A stretch of DNA of 52,834 nucleotides, taken from Candidatus Eiseniibacteriota bacterium (GTDB lineage Bacteria > Arandabacterota > Arandabacteria > Arandabacterales > Arandabacteraceae). The stretch covers positions 1 through 52,834 of the forward strand of contig JBDRNT010000148.1 in the NCBI GenBank assembly GCA_043810925.1, given 5' to 3'. The notes beneath the pieces were generated by a model. That model did not search any database. It saw only the letters and a list, made by a program, of their open reading frames with translations, and was not told the origin of the DNA. The position numbers and the translations under genes are program-made. Of this stretch, positions 22,311 through 31,165 are shown in pieces (position 1 is the first letter of the stretch; every line of letters begins with the position of its first letter).

Positions 22311-23165
22311 TCACTCGATTACCAGGACTCCCTTGGTATGCTTGAGGTGGCTTTCTTCCTTGGGTTTCTTGACGGTCGCGGCAACGAGTTCCATGCCCCA
22401 GAGCACGATCGAGGATGAAAGGTATATCCATGCCATAAGTACGATGATGCCGCCGATAGAGCCGTATGCACTCGTTATCTGGGTCATACGGATGTAGCCC
22501 AGGAAGGCATTCTTCGCTATCTCCCAGGTGAGCGAGACTACTGCCGCTCCGATCACAACGTTCTTCCGCGGTACCCGCCCGGGGCACGTAAGCAGGAAAA
22601 CCGTTGAGAAGGTGACAAACGACAGGATGTACGGCACCAGCAGCACGCCGGCCGTCAGGGTATATCCGACGGGGAAGCCCAGCTCGACACTCAACCGCTC
22701 GACCATGCCGGGCAGGAAAATCGAGGCTAAGAGCATCAATGCAGCGAAGCCGACCAGTACGAGTGAGATCACCTGCCTCCGGATCACATCCATCCAGCCC
22801 TTTCTTCCCCAGATTATGGAGGCACTCAGGGCCAGGGTGTTGAACACGTGCCTTGCACCCCAGACAAGCGCCAGGATTCCGATCCCCCACGCCAGGGGCT
22901 TGGTCTGCCCGATCGAGCGCACCCACTCCATGACGATACTGGCACCGACCGGGGTGACCGTCGAGACGATATTGGCCATACGTTCCATGGCAAGCTCCGA
23001 CGAACCTCCGACGGTCGCCAGTATGGAGAGTGTGAGCAAGAGGAGCGGAAAGAAGGAAAACATGGCATAGAAGCTTATGGAGGCGCTCAGGGCAACACAG
23101 CTGTGACATACGTACCTGTGGATGCTTTCCTTGAGAATCCCCGCCACCATCGTCAATCTTCGCAT
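22311..23165 (-). CDS. YihY/BrkB family membrane protein
   Basis: SASISFYAMFSFFP; YGSIGGIIVLMAWIY. Confidence 0.88.
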   Translation of the reverse strand: MRRLTMVAGILKESIHRYVCHSCVALSASISFYAMFSFFPLLLLTLSILATVGGSSELAMERMANIVSTVTPVGASIVMEWVRSIGQTKPLAWGIGILALVWGARHVFNTLALSASIIWGRKGWMDVIRRQVISLVLVGFAALMLLASIFLPGMVERLSVELGFPVGYTLTAGVLLVPYILSFVTFSTVFLLTCPGRVPRKNVVIGAAVVSLTWEIAKNAFLGYIRMTQITSAYGSIGGIIVLMAWIYLSSSIVLWGMELVAATVKKPKEESHLKHTKGVLVIE

Positions 23166-23238
23166 ATCAGCGCTCCAGTGCCCTCAAAATTCGCATACCG
23201 GGGCGGGATAATCAACCACAATCGACTGCGGGTTGTGC

Positions 23239-23267
23239 TTGAAAATCGCTGCTTTCTGTGGTATAGT
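23239..23267 (+). promoter_or_regulatory. sigma70-type promoter
   Basis: TTGAAA-17 bp-TATAGT with TG extension; near-palindrome GAAAAC-C-GTTTTC at 23302-23314 downstream. Confidence 0.55.
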
Positions 23268-23410
23268 TGTTACGACAATGGTGGAGTATAATAAGCAAAC
23301 TGAAAACCGTTTTCGGGATGGAGGTGATGCGCGAACGGATTGGTTGAGGTTCGGAAGATGTTTGATTTGTTAGGTATAGGTACGTTTCATCCTGAAAGGA
23401 GGGTGAATAG

Positions 23411-25333
23411 ATGAGGTATCAAGTTGGTGCTTTGCTTTGCGCGTTTGTGCTCGTGGCAATCGGCATGAGCGGGACCGCCCAAGCGACTATCACACCGACG
23501 ACGGTCTACGACGTCCAGCAGGGAGTGTTTACTGCCGGCGTGGACTCAGTCTTTGTCGATAGCGTGGTGGTCACGGCGGTGGACTACAAAGCCACAACCT
23601 ATGGCTTCAACGTCCAGGAACTCGGCGGCGGGCCCTGGAGCGGAATCCTCGTTTATATTAGCGGTGACTATCCCACGGTAAACCCGGGCGATCTCATCTC
23701 GGTCTACGGGCTGTACAACGAATACAGCGATCACTCTGAGATAGAGGCAGCCATCGCCAATGTGGTCGTCATCGAGGCCGATTACGGGATGCCTGACTGT
23801 GAGCTCCTGAGCTGCAATGATCTGAGTTACTATGCCCAGGCCGATTCAGACTGGGCCGAGAAGTGGGAAGGCGTGTGGATCTGCGTCGACACGGTCGTGG
23901 TGAGCTCACTCGGCGACTACGGTGAGTGGACGGTTGCTGAGTATCATACGCACCCCGGAGAGAGCCCCGACGACGACTGGCTCCGGATCGATGAGAAACT
24001 GATCGATCCCACGATGGGGCAGCCTCCACTCGGCGATACCCTCTCCCTCATAAGCGGCGTTTATGCCGAGGAGTGGGGCAACTACAGGTTGTGGCCGCGT
24101 GGTACCGAGGATCTGGTGTTCATGGGACCGTCACCCGGACCGAATCTCGTGCTGGCCTATGCGACCTCGGATTCGACCGTCCGGGCCGTCTTCGACCGGG
24201 ACCTCAACAAGCTTAGTTGCGAAGACGAAGCCAACTACGCCTTTGACGGCGGGATGCCGATACAGGAAGCGCTTCGTAACGCAGGTAACATCAAGGCTGT
24301 TGATATCGAGGCAACGCTGCCGTTCCCGATCCAGCCCGACAGTCTAGCGGCCAGCGGGATCTTCTCCCTCGACGGCTATCCGATGTCAGAGACCCAGAAA
24401 TACGGGTTCATCACCGGCGTCGCACCGATCGCCAGTGTCCAGCAGCCGGCATATGCGGGCACCGACTCATCCCAGTGGGAGAACCAGCAGGTCACGATCA
24501 CGGGTGTGGTTACGAGCGCAAGTGCTGCGCTTAACGGACCTTTCTTCATGCAGGACGCCCCCGGCGCCTGGAACGGTATGTACGTCTATTACCCGGCGGG
24601 CACCTACGCCCTTTGGGACAGCGTGACGATCTCGGGAATTGTTGATGAGTACTACGGTCTTACGGAGATCACATCGCTCGACTATGCCGTCACCCACGGC
24701 AATACCCCCAGGCCCAGCTGGATGACCAAGATATACCCGGCTCTGGTTCAGGACTCGGTTTACGCCGAATCCTTCGAGGGTGTGCTTGTCAACATGGACT
24801 CGGTCTATGTGTACACCTACCTCTATGCCAGTGGTGAGTGGGATTGCGGTCAGGGCACGGACAGCGTCACCGTCGGAGATTTCATCAACGACGTTCCGCC
24901 GAATCCGCCCAGCTATGACTATCCGGGCCTCGGGAGTCTGATCAATATCCAGGGCTGCTGGAGATACCACTTCGAACACCAGATCGAGCCCAGGGACGCC
25001 GGAGATATAACGATCCTCGACCCATGCCCGGCAGGTGTAAGGGCAAGGGATCTGGCGGTACCGTATCTCCATCAGAACGCTCCCAATCCTTTCGCTTCCG
25101 AGACGATGATCAAGTTCAGCCTTCCCTCCAAGATGGAGGCAAGGGTGGTCATCTATGATGTCTCGGGCAGGCTGGTGAAGGTTGTGGCTGAAGGTGTCAT
25201 GGATGCGGGTGAAAACCGTGTAGACTGGAACGGAAAAGACACGCATGGTGCCCAGGTAAGTCCGGGCATCTATTTCTACAGCCTGACGACACCGAACAGG
25301 CACATGCAGAACAAGATGGTCCGGCTGAGATAG
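23411..25333 (+). CDS. Secreted protein with repeated OB-fold-like modules and FlgD/T9SS type-A CTD
   Basis: Signal peptide; VVTA...VQE..GGPWSGILVY and GVVT...MQD..GAWNGMYVY repeats; QNAPNPF...IYDVSGRLV...WNGKD...GIYFY...KMVRLR. Confidence 0.85.
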   Translation: MRYQVGALLCAFVLVAIGMSGTAQATITPTTVYDVQQGVFTAGVDSVFVDSVVVTAVDYKATTYGFNVQELGGGPWSGILVYISGDYPTVNPGDLISVYGLYNEYSDHSEIEAAIANVVVIEADYGMPDCELLSCNDLSYYAQADSDWAEKWEGVWICVDTVVVSSLGDYGEWTVAEYHTHPGESPDDDWLRIDEKLIDPTMGQPPLGDTLSLISGVYAEEWGNYRLWPRGTEDLVFMGPSPGPNLVLAYATSDSTVRAVFDRDLNKLSCEDEANYAFDGGMPIQEALRNAGNIKAVDIEATLPFPIQPDSLAASGIFSLDGYPMSETQKYGFITGVAPIASVQQPAYAGTDSSQWENQQVTITGVVTSASAALNGPFFMQDAPGAWNGMYVYYPAGTYALWDSVTISGIVDEYYGLTEITSLDYAVTHGNTPRPSWMTKIYPALVQDSVYAESFEGVLVNMDSVYVYTYLYASGEWDCGQGTDSVTVGDFINDVPPNPPSYDYPGLGSLINIQGCWRYHFEHQIEPRDAGDITILDPCPAGVRARDLAVPYLHQNAPNPFASETMIKFSLPSKMEARVVIYDVSGRLVKVVAEGVMDAGENRVDWNGKDTHGAQVSPGIYFYSLTTPNRHMQNKMVRLR

Positions 25334-25356
25334 TCCGGCATCTGTGTAGTTAAAAG

Positions 25357-25393
25357 AGAGGGAAAGCCTTTCGTGGCTTTCCCTCTTTTCTTT
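25357..25393 (+). terminator. Rho-independent terminator
   Basis: AGAGGGAAAGCC-loop-GGCTTTCCCTCT followed by TTTCTTT. Confidence 0.85.
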
Positions 25394-25411
25394 GCAGCGG
25401 GACTTTCGATT

Positions 25412-25439
25412 TTGACAACCCTCCCACCTGTGCTAAGAT
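25412..25439 (+). promoter_or_regulatory. Promoter of sppA
   Basis: TTGACA-16 bp-TAAGAT with TG extension. Confidence 0.65.
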
Positions 25440-25450
25440 TCTCCTGACAT

Positions 25451-25608
25451 ATCAGTCAGTGTCGAAGCCCGAAAGAATTCGCCGTCGCGTCTTTTGGGAC
25501 GCAAGCGAATATCTTCATTCTGAGCAGGCGGACCGAACGGCGCACCGGCGTTCAGCCACCCGAAATGGGCAACCTGAGCGTACAAAGGCTGCTTCGGCAG
25601 TGACTGAT
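25451..25608 (+). other. Structured leader / 80-nt element copy 2, closed by a long terminal stem
   Basis: ATCAGTCAgTGTCGAAGC pairs with GCTTCGGCAgTGACTGAT; internal hairpins; core similar to 7385-7464. Confidence 0.55.
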
Positions 25609-25650
25609 GATCGACCCAAAGGTCATACGCACAGGAGGAGGTTGTTTCTC

Positions 25651-28164
25651 ATGCAGAAGGTCTCGGCTGCAGTTCTCATCTTCATGGTCACCCTGGTCTT
25701 ACTCGCGGGTCACGCTCCTTGCGCGGCGTTTGCCACACAGTCACCCATCTACTCATTCTTTGGCGGCGCACGGGACAGACTGCCGCTTGAGACCCCGGCA
25801 ACGACGAACGACCCGTTTGCCGTCTGGGTTAACCCGGCAGCGCTCGCAACGGGAAAGGCCGGCGGCTTTGCATACTTCCACACTTTCAGCGATTCAACGA
25901 TCTCGGGCGATGACGGGCTCGCAATCTCGCTGGGAAGTATGGCCTTCGCCGCGGAGTTCATAAGTGCGGGGCTTCTGACCGATAGGTTCGAAACCAACAG
26001 GTATACCCTTGCATCAGGTCAGCGCCTCTACAAGGGGATCTACCTTGGAAGTTCGTATTCATGGCATTCATCCGAGCTCTGCGGTCTTGATAAGACAGCA
26101 ACATGGACCGTCGGAGCGCTTCTCAGGCCTCACCGGAAGGTCTCCCTGGGGCTGGTCGCCCGCGATCTCAACAGCCCGTCCTATGTCGGCACCAAATTCA
26201 GACCGATTTTCGAGACCTCCGTAGGTGTCCGGCCCTTGAGCGACAGGTTGACCTTGTTCGCCACCTACCTCGCGAGAGAGCGGGAACTGGATGTTGGCTC
26301 ATATCCGACCCAACCCCAGTCGTTTCTTTCCTACGGCGTCGAATGGCAACCTGCCGACGGGATTGTCTTAAGAGCCGGGGGTGATGAGGATGAAAACCTC
26401 AGTGCATCACTGACGCTTCGCATGGGGGTGGATGGAATCGGCTCCGTTTTCACACAGGTGAAAGGTAAGAACGGCGAGACTGATAAGACACAGGGTACCG
26501 CCTATTTCACGGCCGGGCCCTACTGGCACGAAAGCGTGCTGATGCCTGTGAAGGGTTACCTTGAAATCGACCTGAGCGGAACGATCGGGGAATCCAGACC
26601 TCCGTTCAGTCTCTTTGGCGGCGGTCCACGCTACACGCTGAGAGGGTTGCTTGACAGGATCGAGTATGCCAAGAGCGCGCGTGACGTTAAGGCCATAGTC
26701 CTCAAATGCGGCGGCGTCTCTGCCAACCTCGCCATCTATGACGAACTGCGCCAGGCCCTGATCGACTTCAGAAAGACAGGGAAGAAGGTGATAGCTTATG
26801 TTGAAAGCGCGGGAAACGGTCTCTACTACCTGCTGAGCGCCAGTGACTACATCGTTCTCACGCCCAATGGAGGCATCGAACTGACAGGCTTTAAGTCTGA
26901 GGCGCTTTTCTTAAGGGGCACCCTTGAGAAGCTCGGTGTCAAGGCCCACTATGCAAGGGTAGGGAAGTATAAGTCAGCGACGGAGCAGCTGACCGAGGAC
27001 AGGTTGAGCGAACCGGGCAGAGAAGCCCTTAATGCCGTTTTAGATGACAGATACGACAAGTTCGTCGATGACATCGCTTCCGGGCGGGGCAAGACGTCTG
27101 ATGAGGTCAGAGACATCATAGACCGTGGTCCCTACCTGCCGGTCGATGCCGTCAGGGAAGGTCTTGTCGATACCCTGGCTTACTGGGATGAGGTCCCGGA
27201 TATCGTTACCACTCTAACCGGTAAGGGTATCAAGGGCCTCCCGTACGGCCGCTTCGCCAGGCGGATGCCCGCGCGGACGCACTGGGACGAGGCCCCCAGG
27301 ATCGGTATCGTCTATGGCGTGGGAGGCATCCTGAGCGGCAGCAACAGACGAGACATGCTGATGGGCGACATAATGGGTTCGGAGACCATATCCGAGGCCT
27401 TCAAGCAGTTGCGGGACGATAAGTCCATAAAGGCCGTGGTCTTCCGGGTTGACAGCCCCGGGGGTGAAATGACGGCGTCAGACCAGATAAGGAGAGCCGT
27501 CGAACTTACAGCCAGGGAGAAGCCCGTGATAGTCTCAATGGGTGGAGTGGCCGGGTCGGGCGGCTATCATGTTTCATGTGACGGCACCATGATCCTCGCC
27601 GATCACTCCACGATCACCGGTTCCATAGGTGTCCTCGCACTCTGGTTCCACACGCGCGGGCTCTATGAAAAGATCGGTATCAATAAGGACATCTTCCTTC
27701 GAGGCGAGCACGCGGACATCATGCCATCCTGGAGAGATGTAACGGACGAGGACACCGAACTCATCCAGTCCATCGTCGACAGGTTCTATGACAAGTTTGT
27801 TGCGGATGTGGCAAAAGGAAGAGGAATGGGAGTGGATGAGGTCCACGCGGTTGCCCAGGGAAGGATATGGTCGGGTAAAGAGGCCGAGGAGATCGGTCTC
27901 GTCGACAAGGTTGGAGGCTTAAGAGAGGCCATCAGACTGGCAAAGCGAGAGGCCGGAATTCCCGAGGGTGAGGCGGTCGACTTCACTGTGCTGCCTGCAG
28001 CCCGCGGCTTCTTCGACAACATGATGTCATCGATGGCGGCCAGGGTGACCGGTGATATCCGTATACCGGGGCCTCTACAAGATGCCCTGGAAGGCGCGGC
28101 TTATCTTGAGACCTTCGATCAGCCCTATCTCTATCTCATGCCCTACAGGATCGAGGAAGAGTAG
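25651..28164 (+). CDS. sppA: Signal peptide peptidase SppA (two S49 domains) fused to an N-terminal beta-barrel-like domain
   Basis: ATG after AGGAGGAGG; RVGKYKSA, RVDSPGG, SMGGVAGSGGY, TGSIGV, AQGRIW; N-terminal WVNPAAL and amphipathic strands. Confidence 0.88.
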   Translation: MQKVSAAVLIFMVTLVLLAGHAPCAAFATQSPIYSFFGGARDRLPLETPATTNDPFAVWVNPAALATGKAGGFAYFHTFSDSTISGDDGLAISLGSMAFAAEFISAGLLTDRFETNRYTLASGQRLYKGIYLGSSYSWHSSELCGLDKTATWTVGALLRPHRKVSLGLVARDLNSPSYVGTKFRPIFETSVGVRPLSDRLTLFATYLARERELDVGSYPTQPQSFLSYGVEWQPADGIVLRAGGDEDENLSASLTLRMGVDGIGSVFTQVKGKNGETDKTQGTAYFTAGPYWHESVLMPVKGYLEIDLSGTIGESRPPFSLFGGGPRYTLRGLLDRIEYAKSARDVKAIVLKCGGVSANLAIYDELRQALIDFRKTGKKVIAYVESAGNGLYYLLSASDYIVLTPNGGIELTGFKSEALFLRGTLEKLGVKAHYARVGKYKSATEQLTEDRLSEPGREALNAVLDDRYDKFVDDIASGRGKTSDEVRDIIDRGPYLPVDAVREGLVDTLAYWDEVPDIVTTLTGKGIKGLPYGRFARRMPARTHWDEAPRIGIVYGVGGILSGSNRRDMLMGDIMGSETISEAFKQLRDDKSIKAVVFRVDSPGGEMTASDQIRRAVELTAREKPVIVSMGGVAGSGGYHVSCDGTMILADHSTITGSIGVLALWFHTRGLYEKIGINKDIFLRGEHADIMPSWRDVTDEDTELIQSIVDRFYDKFVADVAKGRGMGVDEVHAVAQGRIWSGKEAEEIGLVDKVGGLREAIRLAKREAGIPEGEAVDFTVLPAARGFFDNMMSSMAARVTGDIRIPGPLQDALEGAAYLETFDQPYLYLMPYRIEEE

Positions 28165-28170
28165 TCCGGT

Positions 28171-29235
28171 CTAACGCTTGAAATCGACCTTCGCAGTGAC
28201 CTCGGTCGCGAAGGCCGCCATGAGTTTTGCACATTGATCCAGGTCACCAAGATGGATCACCTCTACCGGCGTATGCATGTACCTGTTGGGTACACTGACA
28301 AGCCCGCACGCGACGCCGCCTCTTGTCTTGAAGGCAGCATCCGCATCGGTCCCCGTCCAGCTCGGGGCGGCTGAGGGCTGAAACGGGATCTTGTTCTTCC
28401 GGGCGACCCGCTTAAGCATCTCCTCCACAGCAGGGCTTACGGATGATCCCTTGCCGATGATCGGACCCTTTCCGAGTTTGATCTCGCCGTATTTCTCCTT
28501 GGACACAGCGGGCGTGTCCGTGGCGTTGCCCACATCCACCGCAATCACCACATCCGGCCTTATGCTGAAGGCGCTTGTGATGGCGCCTGCAAAGGAAATC
28601 TCCTCCTGAACCGATGCCACACCGTAGACCGCCGCCTTGAGACTCATCTTCTTCGAAAGCAGTCTGAGCGCCTCCGCGACGGCAAACGCACCCATCTTGT
28701 CATCAAAACCCCTGGCGACCGCGAACTTGCCCGAGAGTATCTCAAACTCGCAGTCAAAGACGATTGGATCGCCGATGGCAATACGTTTGAGTGCTTCCTT
28801 CTTGTTCCCGGCACCGATGTCGATCCAGAGATCGTGCATCTTGACCGACTTCTTCGCTTCATCCTTGTCGGTCATATGAATTGCTATCCGGCCGACGACG
28901 CCTTTGACCGGGCCCTTGGCGCTGCTTATGATCACGCGTTTGGCAGGCACTATGTTCGCGTCTATCCCGCCGATGGCGCCGAAGTAGATGAAGCCCTGAT
29001 CGTTGATGTATCTGACCATGAAACCGATCTCGTCACAGTGCCCGATCAGCATCACTCGTGGGTTGCCCCGCTCGTTGACGATACCGATTGAGTTGCCCTG
29101 AACGTCCGATTCCACCCTGTCTGCGAACTCCGACACGTACTCGCGCCATACCTCCTGCGCCGGACGCTCGAAACCCGAAGGACTCGGGGTGTCCACAAAC
29201 CGCTTGAGGAACTCCAGAGATTTATCCTGTAACAT
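28171..29235 (-). CDS. M42 family aminopeptidase
   Basis: PSPSGFE, GHCDEIG, FDDK, VQEE, AVDV, GTDA, RYMHTP. Confidence 0.92.
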   Translation of the reverse strand: MLQDKSLEFLKRFVDTPSPSGFERPAQEVWREYVSEFADRVESDVQGNSIGIVNERGNPRVMLIGHCDEIGFMVRYINDQGFIYFGAIGGIDANIVPAKRVIISSAKGPVKGVVGRIAIHMTDKDEAKKSVKMHDLWIDIGAGNKKEALKRIAIGDPIVFDCEFEILSGKFAVARGFDDKMGAFAVAEALRLLSKKMSLKAAVYGVASVQEEISFAGAITSAFSIRPDVVIAVDVGNATDTPAVSKEKYGEIKLGKGPIIGKGSSVSPAVEEMLKRVARKNKIPFQPSAAPSWTGTDADAAFKTRGGVACGLVSVPNRYMHTPVEVIHLGDLDQCAKLMAAFATEVTAKVDFKR

Positions 29236-29245
29236 CTGCTCCCCC

Positions 29246-30973
29246 CTATCGCACTTTTATGGCAAGAAGTGTGAAGTCATCGATGAGCTTCCCGTCTGCG
29301 AAGCTCATGATGTCATGGTATATCCGTTTTACGATATCGGAACACGGAAGATCAATTACGGACCGCCCCAGTTCTATGAGGCGCTCCTCGCCGAAGGCCT
29401 CACCGTACCTGTCCATCGCCTCGGTCAGCCCGTCGGTGAAGAAGAGAACCAGGTCCCCTTGCTCAAGATGGATCCGTTCCTGGACATAGTGGATGTCTTC
29501 GATCGCCCCGAGCAACATCCCGCCTTTAGTCAGCCTCCTCACACGGCCCCTGCCGATAACCATCGGGTAAAAGTGACCTGCATTTGAATAGGTCAGGACC
29601 CTGGCGTCGGCGTCCAGTACACCGTAGCATGCCGTGACACACCGCTCGGGTTCGACGCTCTCCCACATCAACCTGTTGACCTTGGACATGATCGTAGTGA
29701 TCGCGTAGTTGTTCCTGATCTCCGCGAGGAGACTGGCCCTGAAGGCCGCCATCACCAGGGATGCAGGAATCCCCTTCCCGAAGACATCCGCTATCACGAG
29801 GCCCCACTGGCCGGCTGCCACGGAAATCACATCATAGTAGTCGCCGCTTACCTCTTCGGACGGGAGATTCATCGCACTGAGATCATATCCCGGGATCTCA
29901 GGCAGACCTGCCGGCAGGAAGCTCTTCTGTATCCGCCGTGCCAGTTCTATCTCGCCCTCAAGCCTGCGCTTCTCGAGGATTTCAAGATGGAGTTTGGCCC
30001 GTTCTATGGTAAGCGCAGCCTGGGATCCAAACGTCTTGAGGAGATAGAGATCGTCCTCACCGAAAGCGTCGAGATTATCACTCTCGAGATTGAGAACTCC
30101 GACGATCTTTCCGGCAGCAACCAGCGGAACAACGATTTCAGACTTAGTCTCGTACCTCGCATTCAGGTATCTCGTGTCTTTCGAAACATCACCGACTATG
30201 ACCGGCTCGACGTTCTTTGCGACCCAGCCGACTATGCCCTTTCCGAACTTGAGCTCCACCCTGCTCTCCATCTCGGGATCATAACCTCGCACCGTCAGAG
30301 CCATGATGTCTGTTGTCTCGGGATCAACAAGGTAGATCCCGCCGGCATTGAATTGGACGAGTTTCCTCAGGGAGTTGAGGATGAGCACCAGCACCTCGTT
30401 GAGATCAAGCGATGAGCTGATTCTGCCTCCGACCTCGTAGAGCAGCTCACGCTCCTTGATCTCACGTGTCACCCTCCCGTAGAGCCTTGCATTATCGAGC
30501 GCGATCGCGATCTGTTCCGAAAGCGCCATCAACATCTCTCTATCACGCGCGGTGAAATCCCCTTCCTGCTTGTTGATTGCTTCAAGGGCGCCTATCACTT
30601 CCCCGCCTCGCATCAGGGGCACAGCAAGAGCATTCCGTTTCTTGATCTTAAACGCCCTGTCTACCGCGTCTTCATACTCCGAGATCTTCTCACTATCGTT
30701 TAAGACAAGCGATTTTCGCGTCCGCACTACCTTGCCCATGATCCCCCGGGTCTCATCAACGATCAGCTTCGAGACGGCCGGACTGCTGTTACCGAAGGCC
30801 AGGAGGACGTGGATCCTCTCACCCTTCTCCCCGAGCCGGCCCAGCGAACAGGTCTCACAGCCGACAGCAGCAAGTATGAGGTCATAGACAAGTGCTACCA
30901 GCGTCCGCACATCAAGCGTGGAATTGAGGATCTTGCTGGCCTCAACAAGAAACTCAAGTGATGTCTTATCCAT
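29246..30973 (-). CDS. GAF-GAF-SpoIIE (RsbU-like PP2C) phosphatase
   Basis: Two GAF domains; VSGDYYD, IADVFGKG, NAGH, FTDGL, DDFT. Confidence 0.92.
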   Translation of the reverse strand: MDKTSLEFLVEASKILNSTLDVRTLVALVYDLILAAVGCETCSLGRLGEKGERIHVLLAFGNSSPAVSKLIVDETRGIMGKVVRTRKSLVLNDSEKISEYEDAVDRAFKIKKRNALAVPLMRGGEVIGALEAINKQEGDFTARDREMLMALSEQIAIALDNARLYGRVTREIKERELLYEVGGRISSSLDLNEVLVLILNSLRKLVQFNAGGIYLVDPETTDIMALTVRGYDPEMESRVELKFGKGIVGWVAKNVEPVIVGDVSKDTRYLNARYETKSEIVVPLVAAGKIVGVLNLESDNLDAFGEDDLYLLKTFGSQAALTIERAKLHLEILEKRRLEGEIELARRIQKSFLPAGLPEIPGYDLSAMNLPSEEVSGDYYDVISVAAGQWGLVIADVFGKGIPASLVMAAFRASLLAEIRNNYAITTIMSKVNRLMWESVEPERCVTACYGVLDADARVLTYSNAGHFYPMVIGRGRVRRLTKGGMLLGAIEDIHYVQERIHLEQGDLVLFFTDGLTEAMDRYGEAFGEERLIELGRSVIDLPCSDIVKRIYHDIMSFADGKLIDDFTLLAIKVR

Positions 30974-31109
30974 TATGTCACCCTGACCAATCGGTTCTCA
31001 ATGTTCCGCGTGCGTCCTTCTTTAAGCGATAGAATCTATACATGGTGCACAAAACGGCGCTGGGTGTCAATGAATCAAGTGCTTCGGTGGGCGGTGGGCA
31101 CCGGTTGGG

Positions 31110-31140
31110 AAAAAGGGGACACCCAGGGTATCCCCTTTCC
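31110..31140 (-). terminator. Terminator downstream of citrate synthase
   Basis: Minus strand AAAGGGGATACC...GGTGTCCCCTTTTT. Confidence 0.7.
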
Positions 31141-31165
31141 ATCGTAACGTCATCCGGGCGAATGA

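Noticed and set aside
25459-25650. c-di-GMP-I, TPP or 6S RNA in the sppA leader; also the ORF-track N-terminal extension of SppA
   Set aside because: Only fragments (GGGACGCAA, CTGAG, AACCTGA) without the required arrangement; the strong RBS at 25633-25641 supports ATG 25651.
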